Positions 25,411 through 43,008 of a stretch of DNA of 64,000 nucleotides are shown here, in pieces; within the stretch, counting starts at the first letter, position 1, and each line of letters opens with the position of its first letter. The DNA lies in the NCBI GenBank assembly GCA_030141605.1, contig JAQGDQ010000007.1, forward strand, positions 793,173 to 857,172, written 5' to 3'. The notes under the pieces are model-generated. The model did no database searches. It was given only the letters and a program-made list of their open reading frames with translations, and was not told the DNA's origin. Made by a program: the position numbers and the translations under genes. Source of the stretch: Tubiluchus corallicola (lineage: Eukaryota > Animalia > Priapulida).

Positions 25411-27783
25411 CTGTAAGAAGAAGAACAGTCTCTAATAGCCATTTAAATTCACTAAGAAAAGAATACACACCAGTTTCCGCAGGCACATCGTTCAGAGAAA
25501 AAACATACAAGTTTTAAATGAAATAACCATAAAAGGGAACCAATAATTAGTCATTTAAACAAATCTTCATAAATACGAGAGATAAAATTTATCGAAAAGG
25601 CATAATACTGGTATAAAAATATGTAGTGATGTTTATTGGCTATGACTCCCAAAACAGAATATTTAAAACCTGCAAAATAAAACATCATTACTGGATATAT
25701 ATAAATCAGTGCCATTTTTTCTGTGTAGAGCAATTATGTACAAGATGTCACTTTTTTCACTTGATAAAAACTAAAAATATAATTATTATGAACAGTGATC
25801 GCATTCAAAAATGAATAAACTCTAACAAAAATGATTAGAAGCATTAGAGAATCAAACCAATGACCATATATTAGTGCTGAAGGTGTCCACACAAAATGCT
25901 CGATAAGTCTGTTTTAATTTTGCCAATGAAAGCTAGTTCAAAGAATGAGAACGACGCTGTAGTACAGTTAAGTGTTCTTGTCAGACTATTCATCAGCATA
26001 TGTTAATAGAGGATAACTTATTGGACTTATTAAATTTCCACAAACTACTTTAACAAAAGTTTAGTCTTTAAGAACACTTGCTAGCTTTCTGCTTTAATAG
26101 ATTTTTTTAGACAAAATTTTCAGAATTTTACCCTTTGGACCATTTCATTCTGCAGTGATTTCTTAGAGCACAAGAGAACAGTTCACCGAAGACTGAAAGA
26201 GAGGTGCCAAAATTCAATGACTTCCCATTCAACAAGGCAGAATGTAAGAAAAGGCATAAGCAGAGAAGAAAATGACTAAAAGTGAATGACTTGTTAGTCA
26301 TTATTCAACTTCATCATAGCTGCAAAAGAAAGCTTTTTTCTTTGAAAGAGGACTGAAATTAAGCTTGTTTCACATCTTAAGTAACGAACCAGTGTCATCC
26401 AACATGAGATGAAAAAACAAAGGAAAACAACAAAGAAAATCTTTCATACTGCATCAGCTAACGAAAGGCCTAAGATCACCTGTGATGAGTGAATTAAGCC
26501 GTTTTCCTGGCCTATGAGTGAATTAAGCTAACTTAGTAGCACCAAATAGCTTTCCTTCAAACAGATGAAATGCACATTGATGTGGATTTGACAAATTGAA
26601 CATTAGTGCCCCTTGTTCCCAGCTCAAAGAGACAACCTTTATTAAAGAGATAAAACTTTAATGACAATTCGGCCTAATCAAAGCAAGTAATGTTAAACCT
26701 CATTTATCATAACCTTCTGAATCTATGACTGATTTTCCATTTTTAGCATTAATACATAACAAGTTAAATCGAATCATGCTGCCCTTTGTTTTTCTGACTT
26801 GACCTTGGTCTGTAAAAATAGCCAACTACTATAGCAATTATGAACAGCAAGTTCTAGAACAAATTGTAACTGCCAGCAGCAGAAATAAATGTTTTCTTGT
26901 AAAAGGCAGCAAAAGACTAAGTGATTTGTGAACAAATTACAAAACTGATAATTTCAGTCTGAAAGCAAATTTGTTTTTAAGACACGCTTTGGTATAAAGC
27001 CATCCCAAGGATTGCATAATGATTTGTAAAACCAGAAGGTATTCAACCATATGAACTGTTCTAACTGACTCACAGTACTCAAGCTTACTGTGCTTAACCT
27101 ATTAATACTTAAACTAATTTTCTGGTAATCTTCAATGAAGGTTATCTGCGCATACGTCTAATTCGATTCCCACTTGGCCTTAATCAGTAAACTAGTAAAG
27201 TAACTTTGCTTACAGTTTGTTATGATTAGCGGAATGAGCAGTAGCGCTGACTCACTAATTTAGTGTTGCTGTTGCACCCGTGTGTTGCAAAAGTATAACC
27301 CGTAATTTAATATTGTACATTTAGCTGACGTCATGGGTGACACTAATCAAGCATCTGTGCTTTGCTCAATTCTCTTTAGGCTTGCTGATAAAAATTTAAC
27401 AACAGTCTTGTACTCATTGAACATTATCACAATATTATACTGAAAGTCAACCACAAACCAACGTTTGCAGGAAGTTAGTTCGAGTATTTAAACGTAACCA
27501 TGACAACCATATCAAGAAATAAACAGCTAAGTCTTACATATAAAACACAGTAAGGGCACACATTTCTCATAATAGTTCATATTATTCTTAACTATATGCA
27601 GCCATTACTGAAAAATTCAAGCAGCAGATGAAAGTATGAACATAAAAGACAAAAACAAAACAAAATTCTCGTGCAGTGGACATCGTACGGAAAAAATCAA
27701 ATCTGTCTAGATCGGCTAGTCATGCTTGCATGCCAACAAGTGAGCATGGTACATACATTGGAGTCATGTTGAGTACATTTGAG

Positions 27784-31877
<4,094 letters not shown>

Positions 31878-33129
31878 AAGTGAACGTCAAATTCAAATCA
31901 TGCAGATTACTTAATAAAAAAATCCCAGTTGATTTCTTGTAAACAATAACCATTAACGTAATCCATGCCGAAACAACAAAAATTTGACAAAAATCCACTT
32001 TCCCCTCTACAAAGAGAGAAAACTGAATTGACAACAACCGGGTCACACCCAGATTAACAAAAAATAGGACAAACCGTTAAAATTGAGTTACATTCTCGAA
32101 ATTAAGGAACTTAACAAATCCTGATGAAATTGCATTATAAAATTAGCAGACCAGAGTAAATACACGCAGTGACAAACCTTGTAGTTATGAAAACTTTGAT
32201 CTAAGAACACTAGTTATTTACTGGAGAAATTTTCCCATGGCGAAGCGATATTATTGTCACCTTCTCGTGCACTATTTCCTGATAACAGCGATTTAGATTT
32301 TATTTATTTTGGGGGTCGGATATTATGATTTTCTGATCAATCATTTATACGTTCATTTGTTGTTGCTCATTTAAGCAACAATAAATTATTCAGTGTAATG
32401 GCTGTAATTCAGAATTTCAATCCAGCATAATTCTGAAATGCTGGCTGTATGAGATTCACCGTGTTACAGGGTTTTCTCTGATTTACACTTGCTGTAACAT
32501 TGTAAGAAGGGATAATCTCTTCCCTGGAAAAAGCCATTTTTTGAGGACAGATGATCATAATTATCTACTGTTTTTTGACGCGTGTGTGTATTCTCTTTTT
32601 CTTCCCCGTTTCCTACCTCCTTTCTCTTAATTATTTTCTCATATAAGCAGCAATCGACAAGCTTTTAAATAGGTTAGTAGGACAGACTTGATTAATAAAG
32701 ATCATGCAGTCAAGTGGTAGAAAAAGTATTAATCAAAACAATCTGAAATTTTCAATGACTTATATAATTATTGATTTTGTCAATCATTTAATAACAATTA
32801 AAAGTTCAATATTATTTATTGTATAATTGATCTGCTTCAGACTAAAATTTGAAAGTGTTTGTAACAGCCTACGTAATAAAGTTGGTGGTTTTCATTTATG
32901 AATTAGGAATATATTATTAGTTATGAATAAGAAAATTGTGTTTAATTATTTAATAGCATTTAAAATTAGTTCTTGTAATTATAAAAGTTTCGGTAACTTA
33001 AAATATTTTGAGAAAACATTCTGTTTGATTTTTTAACTACAATTTGTAATACAACTATTGTTTGTGCAATTTCCAGAGTTATCATTGATATACTTTCCAG
33101 TTATTTGATGCTTTCGAGTTTTGACATGT

Positions 33130-33720
33130 AATAAAGACTTTGTGATAACAACATTCGACTTGGAATATTCCCAGCAATGTGTATCCTCTCTTAAGAAAGC
33201 AAACAAAATTTTGGGGATGATAAAGAAGCATATCGTTTCTAGAAATAAAGAAATTGTACTGAAATTTTACGTTGGTTTGTTTAGACCTCATCTAGAATGA
33301 TTTGTGCAGCTTTGTAATCCCCATTATCAGAAAGATATATTGCTTATGGCAGGTGTACAAAGGCGTGCTACAAGAATAATATTAGGTTGTAAAAATCTGA
33401 TATTATTTGGAAATATTAAAATATTGCAGTTTGAATTAAGAATAAAGAATTAAAAATACACCATGGAGATGTTATTAAAGTTTATAAAATGTTAACTAGA
33501 AAAGAAAACATTTTGCCCGAAAAATTCTTTAATTTATTTGTTAATTCTAAAAGTAGAGGACATAGTTTAAGACTGTTTAATGAGCAGTATTCAATATTCA
33601 TTTTGTGTGAGAGTTGTGAATGAATGGAAATATGGAATAATCTGTCTACCATGGTGATTTCCGCACCAACCACAGTAAAGTTTAAATCCTTAATCGACAA
33701 TTATTTTGCGGAAAAATATG
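33130..33720 (+). mobile_element. CR1/L2-clade LINE 3' fragment (decayed ORF2 C-terminus)
   Basis: Translates, with stops and frameshifts, as KANKILGMIKK...LKFYVGLFRPHLE...PHYQKDI...VQRRATRII...SKSRGHSLRL, typical of CR1 ORF2 ends. Confidence 0.8.
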
Positions 33721-35734
33721 GGGCTCAATGAGTGTAGTCGCTTAGCCCCCTAATCATGACAGTATAATAGTATGTCGTAAAGAAAAATCGTCTCACAAGA
33801 AGACCACGTTGACTTAGTGATCACTACCGAAGAGTTCTAATATTGCTGTACCAAATATGGCATTAGCGTGTATTTTCGGTATTTCCACTAGCCAAATTAC
33901 AGAGTTTTTGAATTCTAGTACGAAATCGGTTAGCAAATTTTTGACTGTTTAATTATTTTATGAAAGATGTCGCCTTTTAAGGTTTAGCATTTGATGTAAA
34001 TGTTAGTTCATTTGATCATTTTGACTACTAATTGTTTTGCAACCGACGATATATTTTGCTATCCTATCGTATCACTTCGCTAGTTAGAGCGCAAGAGTTT
34101 AGTAAATTATTTTTTTGGCTAATAAGGTTTGGACCTTAAGAAGAGCCGAAAGATGAAGATATCAAGTAACCATTAAATTTTACTAACATCAGAACAATAC
34201 ATTTGATGTTGTGTATTCTTGCTCGTTGTCCCGACTCCCTGCGACCTTGAGCGATGCCAGTATTGGGTGCCCTGGACCTCGAATAATGCTCGACTTTACA
34301 TGACACTGACCTCAGCTGTTGAGGATCTCGGATGATGAGTGTACCTGGTATTAACTTTGGTTGATGCCTAGGCTATATACCTAAATAATTATGTGATATT
34401 CAATTCCTTTTTTACACATGCATTCCTTCCATGTGTGCAAATTTACAGGTTTTTACTATTTTTTCAAACTTATTTGTTAACACTAATTAGTAATAGTATG
34501 CATATAAGTATTTTTTTCAGACATTTCAGTTTTAGTTGTCAGTACGTTTTCTTTGCTTGCTGGTGTACTTGTAACGTAATGTAATTGAGCAATAAACGAA
34601 ATTGAATTGAAATTATTGGTATCAATCTGGGGCCGACAATGAATATACTTCTGTTTCTCTCTAATCGTGTACTCGACCGGGAATTTTATAATTTTTCTTG
34701 TACATTCATATACTTCCTTGACGCAGTCGTGTAAAAGTGTATTTTTTAATTTAAAACGTAAAACACAATCATTATTATAACATCGTTCTTTCGGGGAACG
34801 CAGGACATGGCCATGTTTTTCCATGGCTGACTCTCGGCTAGGGTTGTTTTGTATGATGCTCATTGTATTGGAGGATAAAAAGTATCGATTTTTCCGCCTA
34901 GTCGGTGTATTAATGGCCGAGTAGTGTTGCCGCTTATACCATTATCAGAACATACACGTTTATGATGCAAAAAAGACATTATGCAATAATCGATAATCTT
35001 TTCAGATAAATCGCTTTAAAAATTATATTACTTTGCAGCAATTTTATGCACATATCATGTTCGCGTTGAAAGAATATTTGTTTGTTTTCATTTTAAATCT
35101 CCCGCAATAGTGTTCCAATGGCACCATTACATGACGTCACTAGATCAGGGGAAGAAAAGGAAATGTTAAATTATGACCCAAAAAACTTTCCGTGCTAATT
35201 TATATTACTTAGCACTTCATTTACCTGCTGGAAAGCCTTGTAATTAGACTAATAATTTTAAATGTTTATGCCAGTTGGTAAAATGTTGCTGACTCACCAG
35301 TGCGCCACTCACTCGCCAAAAATGTATTTTTAGTCTTAGTGACAAGATACAGTAATTTAAAATGTTACTTAATTAGCAACATGTATGCAACGATTGCTCT
35401 GATTATTTTTTCAAACTTTACTTAATGTTATCCAAACTTGTTTCAAACGACCCACCATTAAAACGGCTGCGCCTAACGGTCATCGCGGGAGTTTAAATTT
35501 ACACGTTTTATACAGCGTTACGTCCAATGCAAGCCATTCATATGAAAAGGTAGTATGTAAGTGGTATAAAATTTTGAGACGAATTTTTTAAACTAAGTGG
35601 ATGGTTTTCTTGTGCTTTAAACATTTGCAAAACTTTAAAAAAATTTATATCCAATTTTAAATGTGAATTTCTTAGCAGCCAGTAATGAATTAAGTTTAAT
35701 GTTCAATGTGAGTCCTACCTGATCTACATAGTAG

Positions 35735-35945
35735 CTGGTCCTATAGGTTCGACTTGTGATTTGGATGTTGACATCATTTTCTTTGTTGAAGACAGTGGTG
35801 AAGTATTGGTTGAATAAATCCACTTTGGCTTCATCAAGAACAATGTGTATTCTATTTTATTTAAGTGTTGGCATCTTGTCCCTTTTCTTTAGATTTTGGT
35901 TGATACTTGACATATGTTCAAAACAATTTTGATCTATCCTTGACA
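35735..35945 (-). mobile_element. CR1-like LINE ORF2 internal fragment
   Basis: DKMPTL...EAKVDLFNQYFTTVFNKE resembles the KAxxLNxYFxSVFT block upstream of the RT domain. Confidence 0.55.
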
Positions 35946-36124
35946 TTTCTCAGTTTTGAAAAGAAATCATTTTTGTTATAATAAATTTTTAACACCATTT
36001 TTTGTTTTCTGTTAACTGGAATAACTATTAATATTAATTTGTTTCAGGTGCATAACACTATTGCAACTCTGGTTATTCTGACTAATATGGAGGGCTCAGC
36101 GCAGTTTCTTTTTACCTGACCAAA

Positions 36125-37300
36125 ATGACGTTGAATGGTGTTCAAAATATGCGAAGTTTAGCAGTTTGCAAAAGCTTTTTGTGCAAGTTTTTAGACAGCT
36201 CTTTTAGAAGAAGTTGCATTGCAAGATTTGGAAAAACATCTTTCTCGTGTGAAGCTGAACAGTCACTGTCAAGAACTGAACCTCGGCCTGCCAGCGATAA
36301 CGTTCAGCGCTTGTTTAACGGCTTAATTAAAGGTGACCGTGGTTGTTTAGCAGAGTCCATCACGCTCACTGAGTCTGCTCATCCGCGTAAAAGAGCTGAC
36401 GCTCGTCGTTTGCTCAATGCTGTGTTAGATTATGACAAAGAGAAACTTCAGAAGAAAGGAAAGGAAGCACTAGCATTTAGAGCTGGTTTGTCTGGACCTC
36501 CTGGAGCTGGAAAATCTACTTTCATCGAAGTGTTTGGCAAACACCTTACGAGCTTGGGACATAAGGTTGCAGTTCTTGCTGTGGATCCATCGTCATCCAC
36601 AAGTGGTGGCTCATTGCTTGGTGATAAAACCAGGATGCCGCAACTTTCTATAGACAAAAATGCTTATATCCGTGCCTCCCCCGCATCAGGAAGCCTCGGT
36701 GGTGTTACAAGAACTACAAATGAAGCCATCTTGTTATGCGAAGCCGCTGGTTATGATATAGTTCTAGTGGAAACTGTTGGTGTGGGTCAATCTGAGTTTG
36801 CAGTTGCGTACATGACAGACATGTTTCTCTTGTTGATTCCACCAGCTGCTGGTGATGAACTTCAAGGCATCAAGAGAGGAATTGTTGAAATGGCCGATAT
36901 CATTGCTATAACAAAAGCGGATGGTTCCTTTCTTCCTGCGGCCAAACGCATTCAATCAGAGTACCTAGGTGCATCAAAGATCATGCGACCAAAAAGCAAG
37001 TTTTGGAAAGTCAGAATTACAAGAGTGTCAGCCGTGACACACGAAGGGATTCCTGAGCTTTGGAAAATCGCTGAGGAATATAGAAATGTAATGATGGAGT
37101 CTGGAGAATTGATGCATCGGCGTCAGAATCAGCATAAGATTTGGTTGTGGAACCATATACGAGATCGCATACTTGACAGCTTTAAGAGTCATCCTAAAAT
37201 CTCGTCACAGATCGCTGACATTGAAGAGAGGGTGCAACGTGGTGATGTCACTCCTGGAAATGCTGCCGATTACCTACTGAAAGAGTTCAGCAACATTTAG
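36125..37300 (+). CDS. MMAA: Methylmalonic aciduria type A protein, mitochondrial (MeaB/ArgK-family GTPase, chaperone of methylmalonyl-CoA mutase)
   Basis: 391-aa ORF with a basic N-terminal presequence-like segment, [11 protein letters not shown]-loop [22 protein letters not shown]...[50 protein letters not shown] splice acceptor tttcag| at 36047 implies an upstream non-coding exon. Confidence 0.97.
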   Translation: MTLNGVQNMRSLAVCKSFLCKFLDSSFRRSCIARFGKTSFSCEAEQSLSRTEPRPASDNVQRLFNGLIKGDRGCLAESITLTESAHPRKRADARRLLNAVLDYDKEKLQKKGKEALAFRAGLSGPPGAGKSTFIEVFGKHLTSLGHKVAVLAVDPSSSTSGGSLLGDKTRMPQLSIDKNAYIRASPASGSLGGVTRTTNEAILLCEAAGYDIVLVETVGVGQSEFAVAYMTDMFLLLIPPAAGDELQGIKRGIVEMADIIAITKADGSFLPAAKRIQSEYLGASKIMRPKSKFWKVRITRVSAVTHEGIPELWKIAEEYRNVMMESGELMHRRQNQHKIWLWNHIRDRILDSFKSHPKISSQIADIEERVQRGDVTPGNAADYLLKEFSNI

Positions 37301-39952
37301 ATGACTCTGATTTGCTCAGATAAGTGGATTGTTACTAGTAGTTAATTATATTTATTGTTTTAAGTGCCAAGACTTGTTGTGTGAATAATTAATTATTAAA
37401 TTGTAAAATCCTTAAGTATGAGTGATTTTCATAGCTTTTCATTTTTGGTTAAAGTTTTTATTTTAACATAATAAACATTTGTTTTTTTTGGAATGATGGA
37501 TTCTTTCTTCTGTGTATATATTTAAATTTTGACTTTTTTATTTTGTTTTTGAGTTTCCTTTGTACCATCTGCTGATATGACCAAGTCCCATCGCTGCTTC
37601 ACAGCAAATTAATTCTTTTATCGTAATGGCAATGCCTTTCATTACTTTTAGGGCTTTTCTTTCTATTAATTATAATAAGTGGTATAACATTTGTAATGAG
37701 TTAGTATTATACGCATTTATATGTCAAATGTAATACCTAGATGAAGCAGTTAGGGATGCAACCTGATCACACTCGTGGACAGATATTGTGCAATTCACTT
37801 TTCTGTCTTTGTGGCTGGGTTTTGCCATGCGTTTTGATTGACTTGGACATTGTTTTGCTATGGTGGTTGAGCTGATGTTACTATTGGTGATGGTCTGCGT
37901 TCAGCAATGTTACTGCTTGACCTGATGCTGGGCCTACATTTATTGTTGTTGTCATTATTGTTCTTTAATAAGCTTACAAATTTAAGATTTAGCTTAATTA
38001 CCTGTTGGTCACCAGATTCAATTAACAAACTAATACCAGGCAGTCGCACATACTGTGAATGCAGACGATATTTTTAGATGGACAAATGAGAAGCACATTT
38101 CTAGTTGATATTGGTTATTTTGGATAAATGAGATCATTAAGTCCTGGTATAATGAACAGTGAATTGTTGCCATGGTTGGCTGTAAACATGTCCCAAAATA
38201 CTCACATTTGGGAAGTGTTTTAACTACTTTCTTTCTCAGTTAGCGATTTAGCGTAAGAGTCTTTGAGGAGACTGTCTACTGCTACAATATAGTCTTACTA
38301 TTATTTTAGTTTTCACTCATAGGTTCTCCTTTCTATATTAATTTTGTAATCTTAACTAAACAACTTATTGACTATTGAATGGGTTTTTTTATAGTAAGTG
38401 TGGGTTGCTTTGAGCAATTTTGTAGTTTAGTAAAGATATCTCTTGACCAATCTATCGCAGAAGTCCGCAAATATACTCTTATTATAACATTTTTTACTAT
38501 GCCATATGTGATGTGTAGAAATATTAATTATGTATTTAATGTACATTATGTACATAGCAAGCAGTAGCAAAGAAGCAAACAACATTTGTCATTTTGCATC
38601 CTAGTTAACCTGGCTGGTTGACCTTTTTAAGTCCAAATAAATATGCAATCGTTTGTCAGCTTTTGATAAATCAAATGCTGTCATTATTGCCTCTTATGCA
38701 CAAGTATGTCGTTTCTTATTTAATATATTAATTGTACTGGTGAATGGCTGGATTTATGTCTATGTAATTTTCGCGGCTGCAACTCCAGTGACTCTACCAT
38801 TCTCGGCGATCCATTGTTCAAATAAAAAGCTTCAATCTAGTTTCTTCTCTTTGATGATTCATTTTTTGAACAAGGACGATCTGTGCACATTTCGTAAAGA
38901 TTTCTCATTTTATTTTAGAGTAAGCATTTATCTTGGCACTATAAATGTTCTGTTAATAAAAATAATCACGTTTTTATTATCACATATTACATCGATAATC
39001 ACATCACTCCTTACATAACTTGTTTTCTCGAGGTTTTTTATCTTCAGAAGTCCAAGATAAACAAAATTCTTAAAGAAAGGAGACGTGGAAACAGCCTTTG
39101 AGAAACTTATTCAACTGTCAATTAATGGTCGTCACAGTTTGCAAATGGCACTATTAGTAAACATTAAAATGAATATTCTTTACTTAAAATTAAGGACTTT
39201 TTCTTGCGGTTGGTGTTTGATTTTGTTTATTTCTGTTGGCTTTTTTCTGTTTAAGGAAGTAAACCTTTCTCTGACATATGGTAGGTACTGATTCTTCAAG
39301 GTTGTTTTCAAACATTAAAAATTAGCTAACCTGTTTCGATAAATTTGTTGTGTTTTGTTTCTCTCGGAAGGCTCGTAGAGAAAACCAGAAAACACGTCGT
39401 CAAATTAAACTAGTTTATTATACGAGAATTCTACAACACAAAAGCATGAAAGAACGCGAAATGTTTACAGTAAATGTGATTATCTGGAAACGTGAAAGCG
39501 AGAAAGTGTATCTGAGAATACGAGGATACGGCCAGCTCCGCCTTATATATCAGTGCAAAGGAACAATCTAGAAATAGAAAGTTCTCGAAACTTCTACAAG
39601 GTAAGAGATTTTTCTACTATACTATAGAATATTCCAGATCTCCACAACAAAATTGTAAACAATTTCATTTTTCTCTAAAGATTCTCATTTTCGTACACAC
39701 AAGTCCTACACACAGTAACATTATACACTAGTTAAGTTTTTACACTATACAGTTTTTATTTTTTGCAGGTATTCATTAACTTCAGATCATTACATAACAT
39801 TCATTAAATGCAGATCTTCACCCTTGAATATTATTCTAAGTTAAAGTGCCTCTACTTGTGCTGGCTACTTGTTCAATTATAAACAAGTGAAAAATATGAA
39901 GTGATGAAGTAAAGGTATGTTTTGAGTATACATAATGTACAATGCATTTTGA

Positions 39953-40127
39953 GAGCTTCTTAATTGTGCCACTAGTGGCAGCACTGGCTTGTTTGAATTT
40001 TAGAAGAACACATGATTAAATGATTAATACATGTTTCTTTTTCAAGAGCTTCTAAATTGTGCCACAAGTGGCAGCACTGTCTTGTTGGAGTTTTAGAAAA
40101 ACACATGGTTGAGGGTTTATTACATGT
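39953..40127. repeat. Two-copy direct repeat, ~94-bp period
   Basis: gagcttct(t/a)aattgtgccac(t/a)agtggcagcactg...ttttagaa...acacatg occurs at 39953 and 40047. Confidence 0.75.
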
Positions 40128-40197
40128 AGCTCAGAGACCTGGAAAATACATTTCTCATGTTTCTGATACAGGCACATTAAAGAGCTAGGTTCATTTT

Positions 40198-40869
40198 CAG
40201 GGGCGGAACTAGGGGGGAGCGAGGGGGCGCACGCACCCCCTGTCAAAATTTACGCCCCCCTGCAAAATCGGACAAATAATTTTTTTTGCAGTGAAAATTG
40301 CAGTTCGCATGTAATCATTTTCAATATGAATTAGAATTAGGTAAAAAAAATGTTTGGTAGCTTCAGTGTGTGTGCAGACAAAACTCAGTGTGCATAGAGG
40401 TGCCTATTACAGTGTAGGCCTACAGGGACCACACACAGTCACAGGCTGTACACACAGGCCAACAGGTCTGTGTGCACAGCTACAGGATGCTGGTGTAGCA
40501 GTGGTACCTTGCTGAAATTTGAGACTTTTTGAAAACTTTAGACTTTTTTTGTCCAAGGAAGTATCGTTCCACATTTCATTTTGACATTATTTCGTGCATA
40601 TTATTTTCTTAAAACTTGTGTGTGATAAATTTCTGTAAATAACAATTTAGTTAGAGGCACATTAATAACGTTAGGTTAACTGAGAGTTAATTTTCTCATT
40701 ATTGCTCTGTCCACTATGCCGTCCTACATACATGCTAATTATAGGCCTGCATGCAGTATAAAAGGGGTTAAAAATTGGCTTAACCATTATTTGACCACTT
40801 CGGATACCTAGCCCTCCAAGAAAATTTTTGTGCCCCCACCCCTGCTTGCCACATCTAGTTCCGCCCCTG
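40198..40869. mobile_element. Non-autonomous hAT-superfamily element (672 bp)
   Basis: Perfect 15-bp TIRs caggggcggaactag / ctagttccgcccctg flanked by an exact 8-bp target-site duplication ttcatttt (40190-40197 and 40870-40877). An 8-bp TSD with CAG ends is characteristic of hAT elements. Confidence 0.92.
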
Positions 40870-41529
40870 TTCATTTTGAATACTTTGTTACTATTTTTTA
40901 TTCCTATTTGTATCTGCCGGGGAATCTAGGAATGCCACCAATCATGACTGTTTAAACTGTGAATTCAAAATAGCAATAAATCTCTCATGCAAGCTGCTGA
41001 AATTTCTTATGATTGTGTTATAGAGAATTCCTCTGGACTCTCATTGGGTTACCAATACTTAGATTCCTTCAAATGTGTGTGTAAAAAAATGTAAATTCTA
41101 TATGGGTGGATACAGTTTGTGCTGAACCATGGGATTTTTGTTTATTTAATGGGCTCATTGTGAGTATGAATTTAGTCAGAAAAGCTTTTTGTTAACAAGA
41201 AATTGACAGTAATCGAAGTTGCCAGTAGTGTAACTATACTTCTTGGGTCCTGCAAAATAATCCAGTGGCTCCTATATCATCCAAAGGTAAAATGTCACCC
41301 AGGGACAACTGCAAGGTCTAGGGATGCCTTCCTGACTAGTAATGAATTCAGAAATGATTGCTTTACAAAGAATGATCGATTGATGTGTCATGGTGGGCTA
41401 TTAGTAGCCCAGTATGATAAATTTGAACATTGGACAAAATACACAATTTAATCAGTGTATACTGATTTTAAGAAGCTGATAAATGAAAATGTTTCATAGA
41501 GTTATATAATCGTTCATGATACAGTAAAT

Positions 41530-41665
41530 TGAAAAAGTTGGCTTGCAGCTTGGATTTGAACCAAAGACCTTCTCCTTACAAAACAAATGCCTTAATTAGA
41601 CCACTAAACCACTAATTCCTCCATGATCATGGCAGCTTAAATTCATCCATTATAGCTGGTCAACA
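41530..41665 (-). mobile_element. Dispersed repeat with a tRNA-like segment (SINE-like), copy 2
   Basis: Reverse complement ccagctataatggatgaatttaagctgccatgatc...tttagtgg...ggttcaaatccaagctg...actttttc matches 7988-8123. Confidence 0.55.
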
Positions 41666-42603
41666 AAACTTAGATCGCTCTCACTAATGTGATTCTAGCT
41701 ACAATAATTAGATTATATTAGGCTGTACCACCATTAATAATAAACTTGACATTAAAAGCAAACAGAATGATTTTTGATATCCTATGTCATTTTGAAGTAC
41801 GGTAAAAGTATAAGTTTTAACACCTGTAATAATGCCAAAGTATTTATGATAATTAAATAATAAGTTAAAAACTTAATTAATGGCTGGGTGCCCATCTAGT
41901 GATGACATCACAACTGAACATAATTTTCAACAGCATAAACATTGTGCAAAAACACAAGAGCATTTATGGAGTGTTGGTTCCTTTTTCAGTTTACCAAATT
42001 TAATGCAATTTCAGATACATGCAAAGTATATTTACAGATTTTTCAATTCTGCATCGTGCAAGGCATTTGGTAAGCTAGATGACCATACACTAGAAGGTAG
42101 CATTTTTATAGAATGGTGTGGGGTTAATTTCCAATCTACATGAACACGCCTAGAGAACTTTTCTGAATTACCTGTTATTATTTCATTCCCAAACTAGTAC
42201 GGAAAACTTGACTTGCCTGTTACCTTATAACTTTTCTATAGTGAAACAAGCATAACAATGAACCGGACCATCTTGAAAATATGTGCTGGCAATCGTAATG
42301 TTTAGGCTGCAGTAACATTCTCCTAATGTAATTGACTTAACGTTGCTCTTTTGAGGCTCTTTTCTTGTGTGGTTCGATCATATGATGTAGAATGCAATCA
42401 GTTTTATAGAGACATGTTCAAGACGGAGCTGTTTCTAATATCTCATTTGTCTGTCTTCTAGTTTATGGGCAGTAAACTTCTGCCGAACTTTGTAATGTTA
42501 TTATTTTCTCGGTTATCAAGTAAAACAATTTATCGCTTTGGCTTCTTTTCGGCAACAAATTACAAAAACTGTCAACATAACTTCCGTTTGTCGTGGGGCA
42601 GAC

Positions 42604-43008
42604 TAAAACGTCGTTTACCAGACATCCGGAATGCGTATGCGTTATTGGCGTATCCAGCTACGTATAAATAATCCCATAGAAATAGCTTGCGTAAAAATAA
42701 CGCAGGTCTGATAAACGGATTCATTGAAATACAATATAAAGCGATTTTTGCGCAATAACCCATAAGGTGGCGTTTACCTAGCAGTTAGCATGTGCTGTGC
42801 CGACTTGTGCGGATGCGGAATACATAAAATTGGTTTATATTGTTTTCAATGCCATCGTTTGTCAGACCTGCATTATGCGTTTTTTTTCTCCAACTGTTTC
42901 CTATTGGTTTTTATTCCGCAGCTACTCCGCATAGGTAACGCATACGCATTCCGGATGCTAGGTAAACGCCACTTAATGCATTCCGAATATCTGGTAAACG
43001 CCACTTAA
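42604..43008. mobile_element. Nested pair of same-family PIF/Harbinger-like MITEs
   Basis: Outer TIRs cgtttaccagacatccggaatgc / gcattccgaatatctggtaaacg. Inner element 42766-42973 has TIRs ggtggcgtttacctagca / tgctaggtaaacgccact and is flanked by TAA on both sides. Confidence 0.8.

Noticed and set aside
25411-25510. N-terminal 33 aa of the 639-aa ORF as the start of a standalone gene
   Set aside because: Non-ATG start in the track, and the segment ends in a pyrimidine tract plus AG acceptor, so it is intronic.
39966-40075. gccac(t/a)agtggcagca as tandem CTCF sites
   Set aside because: One base short of the CTCF core spacing and part of a local duplication.
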